36,916 nucleotides of DNA from an uncultured Parabacteroides sp. (GTDB lineage: Bacteria; Bacteroidota; Bacteroidia; Bacteroidales; Tannerellaceae). Within the stretch, counting starts at the first letter, position 1. Each line of letters starts with the position of its first letter. A program made the translations under genes and the position numbers. Where the stretch lies: positions 1-36,916 of the forward strand of contig CAZOKT010000001.1 of assembly GCA_964580505.1 (NCBI GenBank), written 5' to 3'. Shown here one piece after another: positions 27,414 through 36,683 of this stretch. The notes under the pieces are model-generated. The model saw only the letters and a program-made list of their open reading frames with translations. It had not been told where the DNA came from and did not search any database.

Positions 27414-28481
27414 ATGAAACGTATCTATTATATAATAGTTGTCTGCCTGCTCGCTTTCATGACGGTTGTCCCTGCTTCTGCTCAAGAAGAGGATGACAAT
27501 GTGGGGATGACTACGCAACAACAGCGTAAAGGACCACGTGCAAATCGCGGTGAGCGAACTACAACCAAAGAGGATAGCGGTTTGCCGGAGTTGACGGTTC
27601 GTGCACAAGAACTGAACGAACGACTGACACAACAAATCGGCAATGCACGTTGGATGCGTGTAGTGTATCGGCAGATAGATTTGACCAAAGAGGAAAATGC
27701 TCCATTATATTATCCTGTCCGTCCAATGAATGGGCAAATGAATCTTTTTACCATTCTGTTTCAATTGTTGAGTGAAAAGAAACTTAATGTGTATGAATAC
27801 ATAGACGGTTATGAAGTGTTCGATGACGAGCATTTGGTCAACTTCAAAGAAATGTTGGACCGTTTCCATGTTTATTATGAAGAAGTGGATGATCGAGGTG
27901 GAGAACCGGCTTTGATTATCAACGAAAGTGATATTCCTTCGGAGCAGGTGCAGAATTATTATGTGAAAGAGGTTTGGTATTTTGACCAGAACAATTCATT
28001 ATTCGATGTAAAAACGTTGGCGATTTGTCCGCTAATGACTATTGATAATGACTTCGGATTGACCACCAGTCCGATGTTTTGGGTTCCTTACGAAAATATC
28101 CGTCCTTATGTCAGTACGGCTTATATCATGACGTCGAACTTGAATAATGTGATGACTTTTACGATTAATGATTATTTCCGGCGCCGGATGTTTAAGGGAG
28201 ATATCATTAAAACGCAGAATTTACTGAATCAGCCGCTTCAAGCTTATTGCCCGACACCTGACTCATTGAAAAATGAACAGGCTCTTATCGAAATGCAATT
28301 AGTTTCATTTGAAGATTCTTTGTGGATGAAGCCGGATACAACCGCGCAGATTGCCGATACGAAAGAGGCTAAAAAGGTAAAAAAGAAAGCTGAAAAAGCA
28401 GCAAAAGAAACGAAAGTAGAGACGAAAGCTGCTAAAGCGCAGACGACAACTCCTATACGCAGTGTTCGCCGGAGAAGATAA
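27414..28481 (+). CDS. porN: T9SS ring protein PorN/GldN
   Basis: signal peptide; WMRVVYRQIDL..E.N.PLYYP, YYVKEVWYFD, PMFWVPY, basic tail ending SVRRRR. Confidence 0.92.
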   Translation: MKRIYYIIVVCLLAFMTVVPASAQEEDDNVGMTTQQQRKGPRANRGERTTTKEDSGLPELTVRAQELNERLTQQIGNARWMRVVYRQIDLTKEENAPLYYPVRPMNGQMNLFTILFQLLSEKKLNVYEYIDGYEVFDDEHLVNFKEMLDRFHVYYEEVDDRGGEPALIINESDIPSEQVQNYYVKEVWYFDQNNSLFDVKTLAICPLMTIDNDFGLTTSPMFWVPYENIRPYVSTAYIMTSNLNNVMTFTINDYFRRRMFKGDIIKTQNLLNQPLQAYCPTPDSLKNEQALIEMQLVSFEDSLWMKPDTTAQIADTKEAKKVKKKAEKAAKETKVETKAAKAQTTTPIRSVRRRR

Positions 28482-28837
28482 CAATTGACGACTTATGTTT
28501 GTCCATTGTTTCTTCTCTTCGAAAGAGACCAGAATGCATATCCGCAGTCTGGGAAACATATGGGACTTCGTTTAACCGATTTGATAAACAGACTTGGAAA
28601 AATTTTTAATATGGTGAATCTGGTGGTTTCTTCATACATACAAGAAATTCCTACCACAAATTTTAAAAGGCCAAGCATAAATCCTTTCGAAATCAGGTAT
28701 AAATTCCTCCAAAATTAGGCATAAATTTTTCTTATTCATACTGGGTTGTCTTTTATTGTGCCATCTTGGGTGTGGGGTATTAGGAGAAAGATTGAAAGAA
28801 AAGTACGATATTATGCGCGGAATCGGCATTGATTTAT

Positions 28838-28845
28838 TACTTTTG
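28838..28845 (+). promoter_or_regulatory. -7 element (TACTTTTG) for the tcdA operon
   Basis: TAnnTTTG match 17 bp before the ATG. Confidence 0.65.
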
Positions 28846-28862
28846 TGCCAAATTTTCGGTAA

Positions 28863-29585
28863 ATGAGTTACAATTGGAATACGAGGACGGAATTATTGTT
28901 AGGCAAAGAAGGTGTCCGGCTTCTTTCTGAAAGCCACGTGCTGGTGGTGGGATTGGGTGGAGTAGGTGCTTATGCAGCCGAGCAGATATGTCGGGCAGGT
29001 ATCGGACAAATGACTATTGTAGATGCAGATACCGTGAATGAAAGCAACTTGAATCGCCAACTTCCTGCATTGCATTCCACGTTAGGGCTGCCTAAAGCCG
29101 AGGTGATGGCAAGGCGTCTGATGGATATTAATCCGGCGTTGAAGTTGACGATACTGAATGAATTCCTGCGCGATGAGCGGACGGAAGAGGTGTTGGGTAT
29201 GGCAAAGTATGACTTTGTGGTAGATGCGATAGATTCGGTCAGCCCGAAGGTGTTCCTGCTCTATCATGCTTTCTTGAAGCATATCCCGATTGTATCGTCG
29301 ATGGGTGCCGGTGCGAAGGTAGACCCAGCACAGATTAGTGTGGCGGATATTTCGAAGTCAACCAATTGCGCTTTGGCGAAAGTGGTCCGTAAACGTTTGC
29401 GGGGTATGGGCATCCAGAAAGGCATTCCAGTGGTATTCTCGAAGGAAATAGCGAATCCGGATGCTGTAATAGAGGTCGATAATGAGCGATGTAAACGAAC
29501 CACGACAGGTACAGTTTCTTATATGCCGGCGATGTTCGGATGCTATTTGGCTTCGTATGTGATTCGAAATATTGTAAAGGTATGA
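28863..29585 (+). CDS. tcdA: tRNA threonylcarbamoyladenosine dehydratase (ThiF family)
   Basis: [47 protein letters not shown]. Confidence 0.88.
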   Translation: MSYNWNTRTELLLGKEGVRLLSESHVLVVGLGGVGAYAAEQICRAGIGQMTIVDADTVNESNLNRQLPALHSTLGLPKAEVMARRLMDINPALKLTILNEFLRDERTEEVLGMAKYDFVVDAIDSVSPKVFLLYHAFLKHIPIVSSMGAGAKVDPAQISVADISKSTNCALAKVVRKRLRGMGIQKGIPVVFSKEIANPDAVIEVDNERCKRTTTGTVSYMPAMFGCYLASYVIRNIVKV

Positions 29586-30232
29586 TAACGGCAAAAGGAA
29601 TAACCAAGAGTTTCGGGATACTTCAGGTATTGAAAGGCATTGATTTGGAGATAAATAAAGGCGAAGTGGTTTCGATAGTCGGTCCAAGTGGAGCCGGAAA
29701 AACGACTTTGCTTCAGATACTTGGAACGTTGGATACACCCGATAGCGGTAGTTTGCTGATTAATGGGACGGATGTGGGGCGACTATCTGAGGTCAAGCTC
29801 TCCGCCTTTCGGAATCAGAATATCGGATTTGTGTTCCAATTTCATCAGTTGCTGCCGGAGTTTACGGCATTGGAGAATGTCATGATTCCCGCTTTGATAG
29901 CCCAAGAAAAGGCCTCCGAAGCAGAGAAACGGGCAAAGGAAATTCTGGATTTCCTCCGATTGAGCGACCGTATGACACATAAACCGGCAGAGCTTTCCGG
30001 GGGTGAAAAGCAACGCGTTGCTGTAGCACGGGCATTAATTAATAATCCGGCGGTTATTTTGGCTGATGAACCATCGGGCAGCTTGGATTCTCAGCATAAA
30101 GAAGAACTCCATGCTTTATTCTTCGAGTTACGAGATAAGATGGGACAAACATTCGTTATAGTTACCCATGATGAGCAGTTGGCGGCACATACCGATAGGA
30201 CGATTCATATTAAAGATGGAAAAGTAGTTTAA
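29582..30232 (+). CDS. ABC transporter ATP-binding protein (LolD-like)
   Basis: Walker [39 protein letters not shown]; ATGA overlap with the tcdA stop. Confidence 0.9.
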   Translation: MITAKGITKSFGILQVLKGIDLEINKGEVVSIVGPSGAGKTTLLQILGTLDTPDSGSLLINGTDVGRLSEVKLSAFRNQNIGFVFQFHQLLPEFTALENVMIPALIAQEKASEAEKRAKEILDFLRLSDRMTHKPAELSGGEKQRVAVARALINNPAVILADEPSGSLDSQHKEELHALFFELRDKMGQTFVIVTHDEQLAAHTDRTIHIKDGKVV

Positions 30233-30243
30233 ACACAACAGAT

Positions 30244-31599
30244 ATGGCGAAAGAAAGAGTAACGTTTGGAAGCAAGATAGGTGTCATATTAGCCACGGTT
30301 GGATGTGCAGTTGGCTTAGGAAGCATTTGGCGTTTCCCGTATATGGTAGGAGAAAACGGGGGAGCGGCTTTCCTATTAGTATTTATGATTTGTACGGTGT
30401 TGTTAGGATTACCGATTATGATAACAGAGTTCTTCATCGGTCGGCATTCGAGAAGTAATGCAGCTGGAGCTTTCAAAGTATTAGCTCCCGGTACGGGATG
30501 GAAATGGATAGGCTATAACGGTGTATTGGCTGCATTCTTAATATTGGGATTCTATTCGGTAGTATCTGGTTGGACTTTAGAATATATCTGGCAAGCTATG
30601 AGTGGTTCATTGGCAGGAAAGAGTGCAGCTGAGTTTACAGAAGACTTCCGTGTTTTTTCTTCCGATATATTCCGTCCGATATTTTGGACAGCCGTGTTTG
30701 TGGCGCTTACGCATGTTATTATAGTTTTTGGTGTAGAAAAGGGAATAGAAAGGGCTTCGAAAGTCATGATGCCGGCGCTGTTCCTCATTCTTATCGCATT
30801 ATGTATTCGCTCGGTTACATTGCCCGGTGTATCGGAAGGGTTAAACTTTCTGTTTGCCACGGATTTTGATAAGATTACCTCTTCAGTCGTATTAAGCGCA
30901 ATGGGGCAAACCTTTTTCTCATTGAGCATTGGCATGGGATGCCTGATAACCTATTCTTCTTATTTTGGGAAAGATACAAATCTCCAAACGACAGCTTTGG
31001 AAGTAACGGTGCTGAATACATTAGTGGCATTATTGGCAGGGATCATGGTATTTCCTGCCGTATTTAGTTTTGGAATCGAACCAACGGCAGGTCCGGAGTT
31101 AGTATTTATCACTTTGCCCAATATATTCGAACAGTTGCCATTCGGAAGTGCATGGTCATTTGTCTTTTTTATCTTGTTAGCGTTAGCAGCATTGACCTCT
31201 ACAATTTCCTTACATGAAGTTGCAACGGCTTATATTCATGAAGAGTATCACATGAGTCGGAGGAAAGCAGCATGGTTTGTTTCGATTGGAGTTACGATTA
31301 TCGGTGCGATATGTTCTCTCTCTTTTGGTGTGTTGAAAGAATACACGATTGGCGGATTGATTATTTTTGATGCTTTGGATTTCTTGACAGCTAAGATAAT
31401 GATGCCTTTGGGTGGGATGATGATATGTGTCTTTGTCGGTACACGCATTGAGAAAAAGGTGTTGAAAGAAGAACTGACAAACAAAGGGACAATTTCTTTT
31501 TACTTCTTTAATGCGTATGCTTTTTTCATTAAGTATTTGGCACCTATTGCGATTGCGATTATTTTCTTGAATGAGTTAGGTTTGTTTAAGTTCTTGTAA
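30244..31599 (+). CDS. sodium-dependent transporter (NSS/SNF family)
   Basis: AVGLGSIWRFPY, NGGAAF, GVEKGIE, GQTFFSLSIG, GPELVFITLP, AALTSTIS. Confidence 0.92.
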   Translation: MAKERVTFGSKIGVILATVGCAVGLGSIWRFPYMVGENGGAAFLLVFMICTVLLGLPIMITEFFIGRHSRSNAAGAFKVLAPGTGWKWIGYNGVLAAFLILGFYSVVSGWTLEYIWQAMSGSLAGKSAAEFTEDFRVFSSDIFRPIFWTAVFVALTHVIIVFGVEKGIERASKVMMPALFLILIALCIRSVTLPGVSEGLNFLFATDFDKITSSVVLSAMGQTFFSLSIGMGCLITYSSYFGKDTNLQTTALEVTVLNTLVALLAGIMVFPAVFSFGIEPTAGPELVFITLPNIFEQLPFGSAWSFVFFILLALAALTSTISLHEVATAYIHEEYHMSRRKAAWFVSIGVTIIGAICSLSFGVLKEYTIGGLIIFDALDFLTAKIMMPLGGMMICVFVGTRIEKKVLKEELTNKGTISFYFFNAYAFFIKYLAPIAIAIIFLNELGLFKFL

Positions 31600-31611
31600 T
31601 TCGATAAAGTT

Positions 31612-32811
31612 ATGTCGTTGAAAAGATTGATGACGCCGAGTTTTTGCTACATCTTGGTTGCGAATTTCTTGCTTTACTTTGCGTTTTATCTTATCTTGCC
31701 GATACTTGCATTCTATTTGCAGGAAGAGTTTGGCGCAGGTAAAACTATGATTGGATTTATACTTTCTTGTTATACCATTGCTTGTTTGTGTATCCGGCCT
31801 TTTTCTGGGTATTTGTTAGACGCCTTTGCGCGTCGGCCACTTTACTTGTTGGCTTATTTCGTATTTGTTTTGATATTTGGAGGTTATATCTTGGCTACGA
31901 GTTTGACACTTTTTATTGCACTTCGCATTGTACAAGGACTGGCGTTTGGTATGGTTACGGTTGCGGGAAATACCATCGTGATTGACATCTTACCTTCTGC
32001 CCATCGCGGTGAAGGCATCGGTTATTATGGACTTGCTAATAATATTGCGATGAGTTTCGGTCCGATGATTGGACTGTTTATGCACAACACATGTTCTTAT
32101 ACGGTGATATTCTCTTGTGCATTGATATCGGGTACATTAGGGTTTTGCATGGCATATTTGGTAAAGACGCCTTATAAAGTACCGGTACAACGAATACCCA
32201 TATCCTTAGACCGTTTCTTTTTGAAAAAAGGGATTTGGGCAGGGATAGCTCTACTGATGTTGTCTGTTCCTTACGGGATGACGACAACTTACGTGGCAAT
32301 GTATGCGAAAGAAATAGGTATCGAAGTGAACTCAGGTCTCTATTTCACTTTTATGGCTATAGGCTTGGCTGTCTCTCGACTGTTTTCGGGGAAGCAGGTA
32401 GATAAAGGAAGAATTACACTGGTCATTTCATTAGGAATGTACCTGGCAGTATTTACGTTCTTTGTGCTTTCTGGTTTGCATCGACTGGTGTTATGGAATC
32501 ATGTGTTCAGTTCCTATTTATACATTGTCATTGCTTTGGCACAGGGCATAGCTTTCGGGACAATGTTCCCGGCTTTCAATACCTTATTTGTGAACTTGGC
32601 GCATCATAACCAGCGTGGGACGGCTACTTCCACCTATCTTACGAGCTGGGACGTGGGCATTGGGATCGGGTTAATGATGGGCGGAAGTATTGCACAAGCA
32701 TTTGGTGGGTTCGAGTATGCTTATCTCTTTGGAGCCTGTCTGTCAGTTGTTTCTACTTTGTTCTTCCTACTGAAGGCCGGACCGCATTTTAATCAGGAGA
32801 AACTCAGATAA
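31612..32811 (+). CDS. MFS transporter
   Basis: about 12 hydrophobic segments; RPFSGYLLDAFARR motif A, RIVQG, HRGEGIG, GPMIG. Confidence 0.9.
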   Translation: MSLKRLMTPSFCYILVANFLLYFAFYLILPILAFYLQEEFGAGKTMIGFILSCYTIACLCIRPFSGYLLDAFARRPLYLLAYFVFVLIFGGYILATSLTLFIALRIVQGLAFGMVTVAGNTIVIDILPSAHRGEGIGYYGLANNIAMSFGPMIGLFMHNTCSYTVIFSCALISGTLGFCMAYLVKTPYKVPVQRIPISLDRFFLKKGIWAGIALLMLSVPYGMTTTYVAMYAKEIGIEVNSGLYFTFMAIGLAVSRLFSGKQVDKGRITLVISLGMYLAVFTFFVLSGLHRLVLWNHVFSSYLYIVIALAQGIAFGTMFPAFNTLFVNLAHHNQRGTATSTYLTSWDVGIGIGLMMGGSIAQAFGGFEYAYLFGACLSVVSTLFFLLKAGPHFNQEKLR

Positions 32812-32815
32812 AACG

Positions 32816-33934
32816 ATGAAGATAGTAGCAGATGACACGATTCCTTTCCTCAAAGGAATTGCCGAGCCGGAAGCTGAGATCGTTTATCTGCCGGCAAGAG
32901 ACTTTTCTCCTGAATCGATTAGAGACGCCGATGCGTTGATGGTACGTAGTATCGACAAATGTACACCGGAACTTCTCGAAGGGAGTCGGGTGAAACTGAT
33001 TACAACGGCGACCATTGGTTTTGACCATATAGACACCCATTATTGCGCGTCGCATGGTATCGTGTGGAAGAATGCGCCGGGCTGCAACGCGCCTTCGGTG
33101 GCACAGTATCTCTTCTCGTGCCTGATTACCGTCGCTTTCCGGCGTGGCGAGTATTTGGGAGATAAGACATTGGGCATCATCGGCGTTGGACACGTGGGCA
33201 AAGAGGTAGAGCGGTTTGCTGATGCATTTGGTATGCGTGTGCTTCGGAATGACCCTCCGCGTGAGGAACGTGAAGGGACGGCGGGCTTTGTGTCGCTCAA
33301 GACCCTTGTTTCCGAATCGGATATCATCACGTTACATGTCCCCCTTTCGCGGGAAGGAAAGTGTCCCACCTACCATTTGGCAGATGCGGAGTTCTTCCGC
33401 CATGCGAAACAAGGAGCTTGGTTTATAAACAGTTGCCGTGGAGCGGTGCATGATACACAGGCGTTGCTTGCGGCAAAAGAGGCGGGAATGTTAGACGTAA
33501 TTATCGTGGATTGCTGGGAAAATGAGCCTAATATTGACATCCGATTACTACGGATGTCGGACATTGTTACGCCCCACATAGCAGGCTTCTCGGCGGATGG
33601 TAAGGCTACGGCTACGCGTGTGTGCCTTAATGAGATAGCCAATTTCTTTGGTCTTCACTTCCGTCGTATTTCCGAAGTCGTTCCTTCGTCGCCACTCCGA
33701 CCTATCATCGATCTGGACGAGTTTCCTGATCATCGCGTCGAACGAGCCATATTGCAGACCTTTAGTCCGATAGAGGTTGACAGTCGATTACGCAAAGACC
33801 CAACCGCTTTCGAGTTTTTGCGTAACCATTATGCTCATCCGCGCGAGCCCAAAGCATATCAACTGTTGCATGCCCGAACCGATGAGGTAGAAAAGCTGTG
33901 CAAGATTGGATTTAAGTTTGCAGAAGATAATTGA
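32816..33934 (+). CDS. pdxB: 4-phosphoerythronate dehydrogenase
   Basis: MKIVADDTIP, TATIGFDHID, NAPGCNA, GIIGVGHVG, LHVPL, INSCRG, DCWENEP, TPHIAGFS. Confidence 0.92.
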   Translation: MKIVADDTIPFLKGIAEPEAEIVYLPARDFSPESIRDADALMVRSIDKCTPELLEGSRVKLITTATIGFDHIDTHYCASHGIVWKNAPGCNAPSVAQYLFSCLITVAFRRGEYLGDKTLGIIGVGHVGKEVERFADAFGMRVLRNDPPREEREGTAGFVSLKTLVSESDIITLHVPLSREGKCPTYHLADAEFFRHAKQGAWFINSCRGAVHDTQALLAAKEAGMLDVIIVDCWENEPNIDIRLLRMSDIVTPHIAGFSADGKATATRVCLNEIANFFGLHFRRISEVVPSSPLRPIIDLDEFPDHRVERAILQTFSPIEVDSRLRKDPTAFEFLRNHYAHPREPKAYQLLHARTDEVEKLCKIGFKFAEDN

Positions 33935-33935
33935 T

Positions 33936-34589
33936 TTAAAATCCCACAAACTGTAGGATATCTTCTGCTTTATGTGCAATATATTTTGGTGAGTAGCTTT
34001 GTAACTCATGGACAGGTCGGAATCCCCATGTAACGCCGCAAGCATCCACGTCACTATTGATTGCGGTTTGCATATCTACATTCGAATCGCCTACATATAG
34101 CGTTTCTGATTTACACACACAAGCTTGAGCCAGAATATCATAAACGATGGTGGGATCAGGCTTCGGATTAATGCCTTCACGTTGTCCAAAAATTGCTTCA
34201 AAATGAATATTGGGGAAAAAATAAGGGACCAACTTTTCCGTTGCAGCTTGGTACTTATTGGATGCGACCGCAATCTTCACCCCTTTTTCTTGCAAAGCCT
34301 GCAAGAGTTCAGGGATTCCCGCATACGGACGACTCAAATCGACATTATGCTTATCATAATGAAGTAAGAAATCCTGACGGATCGCCGAAACATTTACCTT
34401 TGTTTTCTCTCCCTCCGGCAATGCCCGTTCAAAGAGTTTGTTGATTCCATTTCCCACGAAATAGTTGTATTCGTTCACTTCATGGATAGGAAAACCGTTC
34501 TTCGCCAGTGCATAATTTGTACTGCCGGCCAAATCTGCAATTGTATTCAGCAATGTTCCATCCAAATCAAATATTACCAATTTCTTCAT
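33936..34589 (-). CDS. HAD family hydrolase (phosphoglycolate phosphatase-like)
   Basis: FDLDGTL, ASNK, KPDP, YVGDS..D, GVTWGF. Confidence 0.92.
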   Translation of the reverse strand: MKKLVIFDLDGTLLNTIADLAGSTNYALAKNGFPIHEVNEYNYFVGNGINKLFERALPEGEKTKVNVSAIRQDFLLHYDKHNVDLSRPYAGIPELLQALQEKGVKIAVASNKYQAATEKLVPYFFPNIHFEAIFGQREGINPKPDPTIVYDILAQACVCKSETLYVGDSNVDMQTAINSDVDACGVTWGFRPVHELQSYSPKYIAHKAEDILQFVGF

Positions 34590-34603
34590 AAAGCTTTTTT
34601 AAG

Positions 34604-34611
34604 CAAAAGTA
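34604..34611 (-). promoter_or_regulatory. -7 element (TACTTTTG) for the HAD gene
   Basis: TAnnTTTG match 14 bp before the ATG, directly after the rpsA terminator U-tract. Confidence 0.55.
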
Positions 34612-34650
34612 AAACAAAAGAGCTGACTCCCAACGGAATCAGCCCTTTTT
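34612..34650 (-). terminator. rpsA intrinsic terminator (potentially bidirectional)
   Basis: minus strand aaaagggctgattcc-gttg-ggagtcagctctttt then gtttt. Confidence 0.85.
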
Positions 34651-34667
34651 ATTATATCAAAAAGAAA

Positions 34668-36452
34668 TTACTTGCCAGAGAGTTTCTCTTTCAATGCAGC
34701 AAGTTCTTCAATATCACCTAATGTGGTCTTCTCAAGTGAAGAAGAAATTAAATTATTATTTTCTTCTTTCTTGTTGTGTTTAGCTTTCTTTTCTGCAGCC
34801 TCTTTCTTTGCGTTTTTCTGTTCATCTTCGAATACGCGGCTATGAGAAAGGATAATACGTTTAGCATCCTTGTTGAATTCGATAACTTTGAAAGGCAACT
34901 TCTCTTCTACCTGAGCTTGTGATCCGTTTTCCTTAACTAAATGCTTTGGGGTAGCAAAACCTTCTACACCGTAAGGCAATGAAACGACTGCACCTTTATC
35001 CAGCATTTCGATGATTGTACCTTCGTGAACGGAACCGATTGTGAAGATAGTTTCAAACACATCCCAAGGATTTTCTTCCAGTTGCTTGTGACCTAAGCTC
35101 AGGCGACGGTTTTCTTTATCGATTTCCAATACCTGAACTTCGATATCCGCACCAATCTGAGTGAATTCAGACGGATGTTTGATTTTCTTCGTCCAAGAAA
35201 GGTCAGAGATATGAATCAAGCCATCTACGCCCTCTTCAATTTCAACGAATACACCAAAGTTCGTGAAATTGCGAACCTTAGCCATGTGGCGAGAGCCAAC
35301 CGGGAAGCGCTCTTCGATATTCTCCCATGGGTCTGGTTTCAATTGCTTGATACCAAGAGACATTTTACGTTCTTCGCGGTCGAGAGTCAAGATGACAGCT
35401 TCTACGTCATCACCTACCTTCATGAAATCTTGAGCCGAACGCAAATGCTGAGTCCAAGACATTTCAGATACGTGAATTAAACCTTCAACACCCGGAGCAA
35501 TTTCAATGAATGCGCCGTAGTCAGCCATAACGACTACTTTGCCTTTTACCTTATCACCTACTTTCAAGTTCGGATCTAAAGAATCCCATGGATGTGGAGT
35601 CAGTTGCTTCAAACCAAGAGCGATACGCTTCTTTTCGTCATCAAAGTCGAGGATAACTACATTGATTTTCTCGTCCAAGTGAACAATTTCTTCCGGATGA
35701 GAAACACGTCCCCATGAAAGGTCTGTGATGTGAATCAAACCATCTACGCCACCCAAATCGATGAATACACCGTAAGAGGTGATGTTCTTGACTGTACCTT
35801 CCAATACTTGGCCTTTTTCCAGCTTCGAAATGATGTCTTTCTTCTGTTGTTCCAGTTCGGCTTCGATGAGCGCCTTGTGCGAAACAACCACGTTCTTGAA
35901 CTCCTGATTGATTTTAACAATCTTGAATTCCATTGTTTTACCAACGAATACATCATAGTCACGAATTGGCTTCACGTCAATTTGAGAACCCGGCAAGAAG
36001 GCTTCGATGCCGAATACATCCACAATCATACCGCCCTTCGTACGGCATTTGATGTACCCTTTGATGATTTCGTCGTTTTCGAGTGCTTGATTAACACGTT
36101 CCCAAGAACGAGAAGCACGCGCTTTTTTGTGAGAAAGGATTAATTGCCCTTTTTTGTCTTCTTGGCTTTCAATGTAAACTTCTACTTGATCGCCTACTTT
36201 CAAATCCGGATTGTAACGGAATTCCGACATCGGAACAACGCCATCCGATTTAAATCCGATGTTAACTACAACTTCACGCTTGTTCATTGCAGTAACCGTA
36301 CCCATTACCACTTCTTGGTCTTTTACCGTACTCAGGGTTTCGTCATACGTTTTTTCAAGGTCTGCCTTGCTTACGTCTCCGTAAGATTCGCCCTTTTCAA
36401 GGGCATCCCAATCGAAGTTCTCGATAGGTTGGATGTTTTTTAAGTTTTCCAT
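34668..36452 (-). CDS. rpsA: 30S ribosomal protein S1
   Basis: repeated S1 domains (EAFLPGSQID, GLIHITDLSW, GLIHVSEMSW, GLIHISDLSW) and the Bacteroidetes tail KTTLGDI..LAALK. Confidence 0.98.
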   Translation of the reverse strand: MENLKNIQPIENFDWDALEKGESYGDVSKADLEKTYDETLSTVKDQEVVMGTVTAMNKREVVVNIGFKSDGVVPMSEFRYNPDLKVGDQVEVYIESQEDKKGQLILSHKKARASRSWERVNQALENDEIIKGYIKCRTKGGMIVDVFGIEAFLPGSQIDVKPIRDYDVFVGKTMEFKIVKINQEFKNVVVSHKALIEAELEQQKKDIISKLEKGQVLEGTVKNITSYGVFIDLGGVDGLIHITDLSWGRVSHPEEIVHLDEKINVVILDFDDEKKRIALGLKQLTPHPWDSLDPNLKVGDKVKGKVVVMADYGAFIEIAPGVEGLIHVSEMSWTQHLRSAQDFMKVGDDVEAVILTLDREERKMSLGIKQLKPDPWENIEERFPVGSRHMAKVRNFTNFGVFVEIEEGVDGLIHISDLSWTKKIKHPSEFTQIGADIEVQVLEIDKENRRLSLGHKQLEENPWDVFETIFTIGSVHEGTIIEMLDKGAVVSLPYGVEGFATPKHLVKENGSQAQVEEKLPFKVIEFNKDAKRIILSHSRVFEDEQKNAKKEAAEKKAKHNKKEENNNLISSSLEKTTLGDIEELAALKEKLSGK

Positions 36453-36528
36453 TCTAAAATTGTTAATACTAAAATTTTTGCTTTAATTAGTAAGTTAGAC
36501 ATTATGTTGCCTCTCTCAAAAATCAGCG

Positions 36529-36536
36529 CAAAGGTA
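36529..36536 (-). promoter_or_regulatory. -7 element (TACCTTTG) for rpsA
   Basis: TAnnTTTG match 76 bp before the ATG. Confidence 0.65.
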
Positions 36537-36630
36537 ATGCTTTTTTATGATTCACAAGCTAATTACGGATTTTAAATCCGACATATTTTTAAAGAAGAGC
36601 TGAGGAAGGCTAAAAAAGCTCGTATGCAAC

Positions 36631-36679
36631 ATATCGTTTCATTACTATGGTCTGACCAAACATAGTAATGAAACGATAT
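36631..36679. repeat. perfect 19-bp inverted repeat with an 11-nt spacer
   Basis: atatcgtttcattactatg-gtctgaccaaa-catagtaatgaaacgatat. Confidence 0.9.
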
Positions 36680-36683
36680 ATTT

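Noticed and set aside
29540-29581. upstream start for the ABC ATPase
   Set aside because: The ATGA overlap at 29582 gives the typical MI.A..I.KSFG start.
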